DNA of 64,000 nt, from the NCBI GenBank assembly GCA_963760425.1, contig CAVXCY010000001.1, positions 46,767-110,766 of the forward strand, read 5' to 3'. Numbering within the stretch: the first letter of the stretch is position 1; every line of letters starts with the position of its first letter. The stretch is from an uncultured delta proteobacterium (lineage in GTDB: Bacteria > Myxococcota > Myxococcia > Myxococcales > Myxococcaceae). This document shows, piece after piece, positions 1-8,683 of this stretch. The notes under the pieces are model-generated. The model was not told where the DNA came from. It did no database searches and saw only the letters and a program-made list of their open reading frames with translations. The translations under genes and the position numbers were made by a program.

Positions 1-39
1 CCCGGACCAGCGTCTCACTCCGTAGTCCTCCCCGCGCTG

Positions 40-333
40 TCAGCCGCCGGACGGCACAGGTGCGCGCGCCGCGTCCAGGGCCTGCCACAGCCAGAAGATG
101 ATGCCGTAGACGGCAAACACGTCGTGCAGCAGCCGGGGAAGTCCGCGCGCGAAGAAGGGCAGCTCCCCGCCCAGCGTGGGGGCGTAGACGCTCAGGAAAA
201 TGGCGTTGAGGTTTCCGACGACCAGCACCAGGCCGAGGATGCAGGCCCCGCGTTCTGCCCGGCCCGAAACCATCTGGCCCAGGCCGGGGACGACGAAGGA
301 CAGAAGGCCGCGCTGAAGAGGGCCGCCGCGCAT
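40..333 (-). CDS. small integral membrane protein, hypothetical
   Basis: 97-aa ORF with strong G/C third-position bias. Hydrophobic segments SFVVPGLGQMV, ACILGLVLVVGNLNAIFLSVY and VFAVYGIIFWLW. No family recognised. Confidence 0.55.
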   Translation of the reverse strand: MRGGPLQRGLLSFVVPGLGQMVSGRAERGACILGLVLVVGNLNAIFLSVYAPTLGGELPFFARGLPRLLHDVFAVYGIIFWLWQALDAARAPVPSGG

Positions 334-411
334 GGGCGGGATGGGAGCACAGTGGCCCGCGGCCGGTCAAAAGGGCATGCCGGCCCGGCCGGCGTCCCGA
401 CTGCTTCTACG

Positions 412-1233
412 CTACGGCTGGCTTTCCGGGCGACTTCCGGAGCGACGTCCCGCGACGCGGGACACCACCCAGCTGGGGAGCAGGCTTCCGAAGCGGGTCA
501 GCAGGGCAACCTGCCAGGGAAAGACAAAGCGCGCGTCCCCGCGCAGGATGGCCCGGCCCATCCGGTCGGCCGCATCGGCCGTCTCCAGCAGAAAGGGCAT
601 GGAGAAGCGGTTGTCGGCCGTCATCTCGCTTTTCACGAAGCCGGGGTTGATGCACGTCACCCGCACCCCGGCCGAGGCGAGGTCCATCCGGAGCCCTGCG
701 CAGTACGTCTGCAGGTACAGCTTGCTCGCGCCGTAGACGGCGAAGCGGGGGAGGACAATCCACGCTGCAATGGACGAGATGCCCACCAGGTGTCCCTTGC
801 GCCGCTGGGCCATCCTCGGGGCGAGCGCCGACAGCGTGGCCGTGGCGCCGAGGACGTTCACCTGCAGCATGGCTTGGATGGCCGGCCACTCTGCCCGCTG
901 GCCATTCAGCATTCCGCCCACCCCGGCGTTGGCCACCACCAGGTCGATGCCGCCGGCCGTGGCGTCATCCAGGGCGCGCAGCGTCTGCACCACCGCGTCG
1001 GTCTGGGAGACGTCGAGGCGGACGGGCACCACCACGCCCGGGCCGCCGGCGGCCTCGGCCCGCAGGGAGGCCAGCATCTCCTCGCGCCGGGCGGCAGCGT
1101 AGACGCGGGCACCGCGCTTGGCGAACCACAGTGCGAGGGCGCGTCCAAGTCCGCTGGAGGCGCCGGTGATGATGACATTGGCGTAGGAGGGTTCCATGGA
1201 AGGGGTCTCGTGCATTGCCCCGGGCGCTGGCAA
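412..1233 (-). CDS. short-chain dehydrogenase/reductase (SDR)
   Basis: Motifs VIITGASSGLG (Rossmann), VVANAGVG (NAG) and YGASK (YxxxK). Start is ambiguous: in-frame ATGs at 1233, 1215 and 1197. Confidence 0.85.
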   Translation of the reverse strand: MPAPGAMHETPSMEPSYANVIITGASSGLGRALALWFAKRGARVYAAARREEMLASLRAEAAGGPGVVVPVRLDVSQTDAVVQTLRALDDATAGGIDLVVANAGVGGMLNGQRAEWPAIQAMLQVNVLGATATLSALAPRMAQRRKGHLVGISSIAAWIVLPRFAVYGASKLYLQTYCAGLRMDLASAGVRVTCINPGFVKSEMTADNRFSMPFLLETADAADRMGRAILRGDARFVFPWQVALLTRFGSLLPSWVVSRVAGRRSGSRPESQP

Positions 1234-1248
1234 GCCGGAACGTCCGCC

Positions 1249-2031
1249 TCAGCGCGTCCCCAGCGCCGCCACCGGATGGTAGTGGAATTCTGCCCCCGGC
1301 ACCTGGGGCAGCTCGCGGGCCGCGCGGGCCGCCGCGTGCAGCAGCGGCGCCCGGTCCGGTCCGAGGGCCTCGTCGAGGCTCTCGAAAATCTCCGCCAGTT
1401 CCTCGGCGCTGGCGCGGAGCGTTTCCGGGTCGGTCGCGCTTCCATGGACGTCCACCGGGTGGACGTCGACGCGGGAGAACCCGGCGGCGCGCAACAGCCC
1501 CGGCAGCTTCTGGCCGATGAAGGGGTCGCCACCGCCGGCCAGCTGCACGGAATTCAGTAGCTGCAGCGCCTCCTCGATGACGGGGGAGGGCGGGACCAGC
1601 CGCAAGGTGGCGTTGTCCACCTCGAGGAAGAAGCACTGGCCGCCCGCGACCAGGATGCGGCACACCTCCCGGAGGACGGCGGCGGGGTCCGGAATGTGTT
1701 CCAGCACCCAGCTGGCGTGCACCCGGTCGAAGCTTCGGTCCGGGAAAGGCAAGCGCGTCGCGTCCCCTTGCACGTACGTCGCCACCGGGTGGAGCGCCTT
1801 GGCCTGGCGAAGCTGTGCGGCGCGCAGGTCCAGCCCCCACACTTCAACGCCAGGGTGACGACGCACCAGGGCTGCCGCCATGGCCCCGACGCCGGTCCCC
1901 AGGTCGAGGACGCGCATGCCGGGGCTGGCCGTGAAGTCCTGCAACATCCTCGGCGCCACCCACACCAGGGCCTGTTTGACGAGGCGGGCCACCTCGCGCA
2001 GGTCGGTCCCGCCGTGAATGTAGTCTGCCAT
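1249..2031 (-). CDS. class I SAM-dependent methyltransferase
   Basis: Motif I VLDLGTGVGAMA, then DRVHASWVLEHIPDP and ILVAGGQCFF, typical of Methyltransf_11/25-like enzymes. Confidence 0.85.
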   Translation of the reverse strand: MADYIHGGTDLREVARLVKQALVWVAPRMLQDFTASPGMRVLDLGTGVGAMAAALVRRHPGVEVWGLDLRAAQLRQAKALHPVATYVQGDATRLPFPDRSFDRVHASWVLEHIPDPAAVLREVCRILVAGGQCFFLEVDNATLRLVPPSPVIEEALQLLNSVQLAGGGDPFIGQKLPGLLRAAGFSRVDVHPVDVHGSATDPETLRASAEELAEIFESLDEALGPDRAPLLHAAARAARELPQVPGAEFHYHPVAALGTR

Positions 2032-2043
2032 GGAGTCCCGAGG

Positions 2044-3075
2044 TCAGAGGGCTGGCCAGTAGGGGCGCAGCGCCTCGCGGCTGAGGCGGATGGCATGGCT
2101 CGCGTCCCGGCTGGCGCCGGTGGGGAACTCCTCGGCGCGCCCGGCCAGCACCTCGAGGCAGGCGTGAACACTGCGGGGCAGCCCGACCAGCGAGTAACCC
2201 CCTTCCAACAGCAGCACCAGGCGCCCGCCACTGGTGGCGTCGGCCAGCTGCTTCACCAGGGTGCACATCGCCGCGAAGCCTCGCTCGGTGCACAGCATTC
2301 CTCCGAGCGGGTCGTCCTCGTGCGGGTCGAAGCCGGCCGAGACAATGACCAGCTGGGGGGCAAAAGCGGCCGCGACGGGGAGGAGCAAGTCGTGAAAGAC
2401 GGCGCCGAAGTCGGCATCGGTGCGGCCGCCGGGCAGCCCGCAGTTAACGGTGAAGCCGGCGCCCGGTCCTTCGCCCACCTCGGTGGGCGCCCCGGTCCCG
2501 GGGTAGAAGGGGTACTGGTGTACCGACTGGTAGAGGATGTCGGCGCGCTTCCAGAAGGCCGCCTGCGTTCCGTTGCCGTGGTGAACGTCCCAGTCCAGCA
2601 CCAGCACCCGCTCGGCGCCGGCGACGCGCGCGGCTTCCGCCGCGATGGCGGCGTTGTTGAGCAGGCAGAAACCCATCATCTCGTCTGGCTCGGCATGGTG
2701 TCCGGGTGGCCGCACCAGGGCGAAGGCGTTGCGTGCTTGGCCATTCCACACCGCCTCCGTCGCCCCCACTGCCGCGCCGGCGGCGAGCAGTGCCGCCTCA
2801 TAGCTTTTCGGCGACACGTGCGTGTCGGCGTCGAGCACCATCTGCTTGCCGGCAGTGGCAGCCAGCTGCGCGCGCAACCCGGGGGTGTGCACCCGCGCCA
2901 CCTCCGTCTCGGTGGCCGGGCGAGGGCGGACCATCTCCACGCCAGGGACGGGTAACTCGTTGAGAATGGACAGAACACGCTGCAGCCGGGCAGGTGACTC
3001 CGGGTGACCCCGTCCCGGGTCGTGCTCCAGAAACAGGGGGTCCGAGAAGACCAGCGTCGGCGCGTCTGCAGACAT
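2044..3075 (-). CDS. histone deacetylase-family amidohydrolase (HDAC/AcuC/acetylpolyamine amidohydrolase-like)
   Basis: Motifs [24 protein letters not shown] and EGGY. Confidence 0.9.
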   Translation of the reverse strand: MSADAPTLVFSDPLFLEHDPGRGHPESPARLQRVLSILNELPVPGVEMVRPRPATETEVARVHTPGLRAQLAATAGKQMVLDADTHVSPKSYEAALLAAGAAVGATEAVWNGQARNAFALVRPPGHHAEPDEMMGFCLLNNAAIAAEAARVAGAERVLVLDWDVHHGNGTQAAFWKRADILYQSVHQYPFYPGTGAPTEVGEGPGAGFTVNCGLPGGRTDADFGAVFHDLLLPVAAAFAPQLVIVSAGFDPHEDDPLGGMLCTERGFAAMCTLVKQLADATSGGRLVLLLEGGYSLVGLPRSVHACLEVLAGRAEEFPTGASRDASHAIRLSREALRPYWPAL

Positions 3076-3145
3076 TCCTAGCCCACTACTCTACGCCGAA
3101 AGCCGGGGGCGGCCGTTGTTTCCCCGCAGCAGAACGGGTTGTCGT

Positions 3146-5197
3146 ATGGTTCTCCCCACTTCTCCTGTGCTGCGACCACGGCGCCACCTCGGTCTGCGCA
3201 CCGCCATCTTTGGCAGCTTCGGACTGGCCCTTCTGCTGTTGCTGGTCGTTGCCTGGGCGTTGATGCGGATGCAAGTCCTCGACCGGGTGCGCGAGCGCAT
3301 GGAGGACTCCGGGCGGGTACTGGCCGAGCACGTCGCCACCTGGGCGGCGCACAGCGACCACCCCCAGCAGGTGCTGGAAGAAGCCCCCCTGGCCGAGGCG
3401 GCCGTGGCCGGCGTGGCCCTGGTGAACGGCGGTGGCCAGACCCAGGCCGTCAGCCACGACGCCCTGGACTGGGCCTCCACCATCGCCCTGTGGGAGTTGA
3501 GCGGCCGGGCGCCCCGGACGGCGCTCGCCGGACACTTGGTGCTGCTGGCCGAGCCGGTGGCTGGCAGCGACGGCACAGTGCTGGTCGTCGTCGACGAGCG
3601 ATTCCTCGACGACGTCAACACCGGCCTGCGCACCGGCCTCGTCCTCTCCGTCCTGGTGGGGGGGCTGGTGTTCGCTGCCGCCATGGGCCTGGTGAGTCGA
3701 GCGCTTCTCGACCGCCCGCTGGCGCGGATGACGGCCATGGCCCACCGGCTGGCGGAGGCGGACCTCACCCAGGGCCTCGAGCAGGGAGGCACAGACGCGG
3801 TGGGCCGGCTGGCCGGTGCCCTGGACCAGCTCAGTCATTCGCTACGTGAAACCCTCGGCCGGGCGCGGGGAGTCGGGGAGGCCATCGTCCTGGCCGCCGG
3901 CCAGCTGTCCAAGTCCGGGTTGACGGTGAGCGGGGGCGCAGCCACCGTCCTGCACCGCGTCGAGGAGGCCCGCGGCGTCATTTCGGAGTTGCTCACCTCG
4001 CTGCACGGCCTGGCCGAGCAGGTGGATGTGCTCGGTCGGGGCGCCGAGGAGGGCACTGCCACCGCAGCGGCCATGGCCGCCACCCATGACGAGGTGACGG
4101 GGTTGGTGGAGCAACTGGGGGCGGCGGCGGCGGAGACCACCGCGGCCATCGGGGAGATGAGCCGCAGCGTCACCGACGTGGCCCGGGCCGTGGGGGAGCT
4201 CCACGGCTCGGCCGAGGAGACCTCGGGCAGCATGCAGCAGATGGATGTCTCCATCGGCCAGGTGGAGACCAATGCCAACGAGACCGCCCGCCTCTCGGAG
4301 AACGTGCTCCAGGACGCCACCACCGCCGGCGAGGCGCTCCAGACCACGCTGCAGGCCATCGACCGCATCCGCGGCAGCAGCCGGGAAGCCCTTCAAGTCA
4401 TCGAGAACCTCGGCCAGCGGACCTCGCAGATTGGAAACATCCTCGACGTCATCGACGATGTCGCCGAGCAGACCAACCTCTTGGCGCTCAACGCCGCCAT
4501 CATCGCTGCCCAGGCCGGCGAGCACGGCAAGGGTTTCGCGGTGGTGGCCGATGAGATTAAGGAGCTGGCCGAGCGCACGGGCGCCTCCACCAAGGAGATT
4601 TCCGAGCTCATCTCCGCCGTGCAGGCCGAGAGCCAGAACGCCCGCGCGGCGGTCGAGCAAGGGTTCCGCACGGTCCAGGAGGGGGTGGAGCTCGGAAGCG
4701 AAGCGGAAGAGGCGCTGAAGAAGATTTCTGCCTCCGCAAGCAAGAGCACGCTGATGGTGAAGGCCATCGCCCGGGCCACCGTGGAGCAGTCCCGCAGCAG
4801 CAAGTCGGTTACCGCCGCGGTCCAGCGCATCGCCGATGCGGTGGAGGCGGTGCGCCGCGCCACCGCCGAGCAGGAGCGCGGCGCCGGGCAAATGACCGAG
4901 CGTGCCCATCGCATGCTGTCGGTCACCACCCAGGTGGAGCGCGCGACCGAGGACCAGCTCGAGCGCAGCCGGCAGATTGCCCGCTCGCTCGCCAGCATCC
5001 GCGAGATGACCGGCGCGGTCAGCCGTGCCCGCGGCGCCCAGGCGGCAGCCACCGAGCGGGTGCTGGCGGCCGTGGAGGCCATCCGCGTGGTGGCCGACGC
5101 GCAGGGAAGCAGCGTGCGGCAGCTGGAGACCGTCATCGACGACTTGCAGCACCAGTCCGAGGTGCTGCGCGCCGAGGTTCAGAGGTTCAAGGTGTGA
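3146..5197 (+). CDS. methyl-accepting chemotaxis protein
   Basis: N-terminal TM segment, HAMP-like segment ([22 protein letters not shown]) and the conserved signalling hairpin [38 protein letters not shown]. The ORF opens at TTG 3116; the first ATG is at 3146. Confidence 0.9.
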   Translation: MVLPTSPVLRPRRHLGLRTAIFGSFGLALLLLLVVAWALMRMQVLDRVRERMEDSGRVLAEHVATWAAHSDHPQQVLEEAPLAEAAVAGVALVNGGGQTQAVSHDALDWASTIALWELSGRAPRTALAGHLVLLAEPVAGSDGTVLVVVDERFLDDVNTGLRTGLVLSVLVGGLVFAAAMGLVSRALLDRPLARMTAMAHRLAEADLTQGLEQGGTDAVGRLAGALDQLSHSLRETLGRARGVGEAIVLAAGQLSKSGLTVSGGAATVLHRVEEARGVISELLTSLHGLAEQVDVLGRGAEEGTATAAAMAATHDEVTGLVEQLGAAAAETTAAIGEMSRSVTDVARAVGELHGSAEETSGSMQQMDVSIGQVETNANETARLSENVLQDATTAGEALQTTLQAIDRIRGSSREALQVIENLGQRTSQIGNILDVIDDVAEQTNLLALNAAIIAAQAGEHGKGFAVVADEIKELAERTGASTKEISELISAVQAESQNARAAVEQGFRTVQEGVELGSEAEEALKKISASASKSTLMVKAIARATVEQSRSSKSVTAAVQRIADAVEAVRRATAEQERGAGQMTERAHRMLSVTTQVERATEDQLERSRQIARSLASIREMTGAVSRARGAQAAATERVLAAVEAIRVVADAQGSSVRQLETVIDDLQHQSEVLRAEVQRFKV

Positions 5198-6481
5198 GCG
5201 GCCCGCCTTCGCATCGCCTCTCCGAGCGGCGGCTGGTCTTCCTCATCGGCGCCGTGCAATTCGTCAACATCCTCGACTTCGTGATGGTGATGCCGCTCGG
5301 CCCGGATTTCGCGCGGGTGCTGGGCATTCCCCTGTCCAAGCTGGGCCTGGTGGGCGGCAGCTACACCCTGGCGGCCGCCACCGCCGGCCTGGCCGGCTCC
5401 TTCTTCCTGGACCGCTTCGACCGGCGCTCGGCCCTGGCGGTGGCCATGGCCGGGCTGGCGCTGGGCACCTGCGCCGGCGGTCTGGCCACCGGGCTCCCCT
5501 CGCTGCTGGCCGCCCGCCTGCTGGCTGGCCTCTTCGGAGGGCCGGCGACTTCGCTGTCGCTGAGCATCGTCGCCGACGCGGTTCCTGAGGCGCGGCGAGG
5601 AAAGGCGCTGGGGGCGGTGATGGGGGCCTTCAGCGTGGCCTCGGTGGTGGGGCTGCCGGCGAGCCTGAAGCTGGCCGAGTGGGCCGGCTGGCGCGCGCCC
5701 TTCTTCGTCGTCGCCGGCCTCGGACTCCTCATCACCACTGCCACCATCGCCCTGTTGCCTCCCATGCGCGAGCACCTGCGGGCCGCCGTCGCCGGCCGGA
5801 GGGCGGCCGCGCCCCTGTTTCGGCGCACCGTGGTGCAGTCCTACGCCATGACCGCGGTCGTCATGGGAGCGGGATTCCTCCTCATCCCCAACCTCTCCGC
5901 CTACGTCCAGCACAACCTCGGCCTGCCCAGAAGCGCGCTGTGGACGCTGTACGGCGCCGGCGGACTGGTGAGCTTCGTCTCGCTTGCGCCTGGTGGGAAA
6001 GCTGGTGGACCGCCTGGGCAGCTTCCGGGTGGGGACGGTCGGGTCCGTGCTGATGGCGTGTGCCGTCTGGCTCGCCTTCGTCGATGTCCCACCCCAGCCC
6101 CCGGTGTTGCCGCTCTTCCTCTTCTTCATGTTCGCCCTGTCGGTGCGAAACGTGTCCTACAGCACCCTGGCCTCCAAGGTGCCGGCGCCCGGCGAGCGGG
6201 CGCGCTTCATGTCGTTCCAGTCCGCCGTGCAGCACCTGGCCAGCGCCGCCGGGGCCATCACCTCTGCGCTGGTGCTGGCCGAGGGGCCGGGAGGCCGGCT
6301 GCTGCATGTCCGGCGCCTGGCGGCCCTCTCCCTGGCACTGACGGCGGCGCTCCCGGTGCTGCTGTTTCGGGTGGAGCGGGCAGTCGGTCGAGGCCAGGGC
6401 GGCTCGCCGCTGGCAGCCAAGGGCGACACCGACCTTGGACCACCCGCGGGGGGAATGGCGCGCCCGCTCAAGAAGGTTTAA
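5194..6481 (+). pseudogene. MFS transporter with interrupted reading frame (frameshift or sequencing error near 5984-5987)
   Basis: The N-terminal half (frame of 5194) reads as MFS TM helices up to ..LYGAGGLVSFVS. The C-terminal half continues in the frame of ORF 5984..6481 (LRLVGKLVDRLGSFRVG.. and more TM helices). Total span is 1288 nt (3n+1). The GTG start overlaps the MCP stop (GTGTGA). Confidence 0.7.
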
Positions 6482-6503
6482 GAGCGTCCTCCAGAGACAC
6501 ACC

Positions 6504-6963
6504 ATGTTCAACCTCGGCGCCGGAGAAATTGCCCTCATCAGCGTGGTGGCGCTGCTCTTGCTTGGGCCCGGACAAGCTGCCCGAGCTGGCCCGGGGCCTC
6601 GGGAAGTTCTTCCGCGAGTTCCGCAAGCACACCGACGACGTGCGCGTCATGGTGGAGCGCGAGTTCTACCGCATGGACCAGGACGTGCTTGCGGACAAGA
6701 AGCCGCCCTCCACCTCGCCCGAAGTCAGCCGGGTCGACGTCTCACGCTTCGGGCTGCCGTTGAATGCACCCGGCGAGGCGAACCCGACAGATTCTCCCTC
6801 CGCCCAGCTTCCCTCCCTTCCCGGCGCCGGAGGGGGTGGTGGCCTCGCGGCCTCCCGTCCCAGCCCCGGCCCCGGCCCCAGCGCCGGACAGCCCGGCCCC
6901 CGCCACCTCAACCGACACCCCTGCCCGGAGCGAGCCGCACGCCGATGTTGTCCCCGGACGTGA
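6504..6963 (+). pseudogene. tatA: TatA/TatB-family twin-arginine translocase subunit with interrupted reading frame
   Basis: MFNLGAGEIALISVVALLLLGP (frame of ATG 6504) continues as DKLPELARGLGKFFREFRKH only in the +1 frame. The break lies in the gggccc run at 6564-6569. Span is 460 nt (3n+1). The stop at 6961-6963 overlaps the tatC start. Confidence 0.7.
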
Positions 6964-8192
6964 CGCCTGAGCCGGAAGGCCAACGCCTGAGCCTCGCCGA
7001 GCACCTGGGCGAGCTCCGGTCCCGCCTTCTGCGCTGCACCCTGGCGGTGCTGGTGCTGGGCATCCTCGGGCTCGTCTTCGCGCGTCCCATCTTCGGGGCA
7101 CTGATGCGCCCCGTCCTGGAGGCGCTGCCACCCGGCCAGCGCAGCCTCATCTACACCTCCGGCATCGAGGAGCTGAACGTGCTGATGAAGGTCGGCCTGT
7201 ATGCCGGCATCTTTCTCAGCACGCCAGTCATCCTCTGGCAGCTGTGGGGCTTCGTCTCCCCGGGCCTGTACCCGACGGAGCGGCGCTACGCTGCCCCGTT
7301 CGTCCTGCTGGGCTCGCTCGCCTTTCTGGCCGGGGCCGCCTTCTGCTACTTCGTACTGTTGCCCACCATGTTCCGCTTCTTACTCACCGGCGAGTCAGCC
7401 CCGGTGCAAGCGCGGGTGGAACAGGCGCAGGCTCGCGAGGCGGAAGTGCTACGCCTGGTGAGTCTCGGCGCCTTTGACCGGGCGGCCGAGCAAGCCACCG
7501 TGACGCAGACCGCCCTGCATGCCAGCGGGGACGGACAGGTGGCCGGGGACGGCACACAGCAGGTGTCGGGCGCCGTCGACCGGCAAGCGCGGTTTCAAGC
7601 CCTCGGCCGCCTCTTCGACGCCATGCGCGCCGCACTCGGCCCCTCCGGTGCGCCAGCGCTGCGAAAGGCGATGGACCGGCGGATGACTGCCTTGGATGCG
7701 CTGCAGGCCGGGCGGGACAGCGCCGCCGACACGGCCATGGAGGAGTCGGCCGCCCTGGTCGCCGGCGCCGCTGGAGCCCAGGGCGGCGAGGTGGCCCGGG
7801 TGTGGGCGCTGGAGCGGGCGGTGGCCTCCGGCCAACACCAACTGGCGACCGAGGCGTGGACACGTCCGCTGTTGACGATGAGCGAGCAGCTGTCGCTGGT
7901 GCTGCTGCTGCTGCTGGCGCTGGGGATTATTTTCGAACTGCCGCTGGTGATGGCCCTGCTGGCGGCGCTGGGCATCGTGAAGTCCCGCTTCCTGATGCGC
8001 TACCAGCGCCACGCCATCATCGTCTGCCTCATCGTCGCGGCCATCATCACGCCCACCGGGGACGCGGTGAACCTGATGCTGATGGCCGGGCCGATGATTG
8101 CCTGCTACGAGTTGGGCGTGCTCGCCGCCTGGTTGATTGAGCGGCGCAAGTCCCGGAACGCTGCCGAGACGGCGCTCACGCCGGTGGGCTGA
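6945..8192 (+). CDS. tatC: twin-arginine translocase subunit TatC, with a large insertion between TM3 and TM4
   Basis: TatC-like TM pattern: LAEHLGELRSRLL, LYAGIFLSTPVILWQLWGFVSPGLY, GIIFELPLVMALL and IITPTGDAVNLMLMAGPM. 415 aa, against about 250 aa for typical TatC. Confidence 0.9.
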   Translation: MLSPDVTPEPEGQRLSLAEHLGELRSRLLRCTLAVLVLGILGLVFARPIFGALMRPVLEALPPGQRSLIYTSGIEELNVLMKVGLYAGIFLSTPVILWQLWGFVSPGLYPTERRYAAPFVLLGSLAFLAGAAFCYFVLLPTMFRFLLTGESAPVQARVEQAQAREAEVLRLVSLGAFDRAAEQATVTQTALHASGDGQVAGDGTQQVSGAVDRQARFQALGRLFDAMRAALGPSGAPALRKAMDRRMTALDALQAGRDSAADTAMEESAALVAGAAGAQGGEVARVWALERAVASGQHQLATEAWTRPLLTMSEQLSLVLLLLLALGIIFELPLVMALLAALGIVKSRFLMRYQRHAIIVCLIVAAIITPTGDAVNLMLMAGPMIACYELGVLAAWLIERRKSRNAAETALTPVG

Positions 8193-8203
8193 GGCAAGGC
8201 TTT

Positions 8204-8626
8204 TCAGTCCACCACGAGCTTGACCGCAATGTTGCCCCGGGTGGCGCGGCTGTAGGGGCACACCTGGTGCGCGGCCTCCATTAGCGCCTGGGCGGCCGGC
8301 TTCTCCACCCCCGTCAGCTTGCCGTGCAACTCCACCGACAGCCCGAAGCCACCGTCGTCCGTCTTGCCGATGGTGACGTGGGCGGTGATGGAGGCGTCCT
8401 GCAGCGACGCCTTCTGCGTCCGGGCCACCAGGCGCAGCGCGCTCTCGAAGCAGGCCGAGTACCCGGCGGCGAAGAGCTGCTCGGGATTGGTGCCCTTGCC
8501 CCCCGGCCCGCCGAGCGAGGTGGGCATGGCGAGCGCCATGTCGATGAGACCATCATCGGACAGGACACGTCCGGTGCGTCCGCCGTGCGCGCTGGCGACG
8601 GCGGTGTACAGAGGCTGGAAGGCCAT
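8204..8626 (-). CDS. ohr: organic hydroperoxide resistance protein (OsmC/Ohr family)
   Basis: 140 aa. Conserved Cys contexts GYSACFESAL and VCPYSRATRGNI. Confidence 0.9.
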   Translation of the reverse strand: MAFQPLYTAVASAHGGRTGRVLSDDGLIDMALAMPTSLGGPGGKGTNPEQLFAAGYSACFESALRLVARTQKASLQDASITAHVTIGKTDDGGFGLSVELHGKLTGVEKPAAQALMEAAHQVCPYSRATRGNIAVKLVVD

Positions 8627-8683
8627 GGGGAAGGTTCCTATGGGGCGAGAGTGCGATGCGGAGGGCGCGCCTCGGTTGCGGCG

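Noticed and set aside
124-1560. 478-aa plus-strand ORF overlapping the SDR and methyltransferase genes
   Set aside because: It is antisense to two motif-supported genes and its translation is Arg/Gly/Ala/Pro-rich nonsense. Long open antisense frames are expected at this GC content.
5194-6963. 589-aa ORF read as a single protein
   Set aside because: Only the first ~263 aa look like an MFS transporter. After 5985 the frame is Gly/Pro/Arg-rich nonsense until it passes through the tatA/B-like frame. It is better explained as a frameshifted MFS gene plus separate downstream genes.
6435-8192. 585-aa ORF read as a single protein
   Set aside because: It is a chimera. It contains the TatA N-terminus, then ~125 aa of out-of-frame sequence, then TatC starting at ATG 6945.
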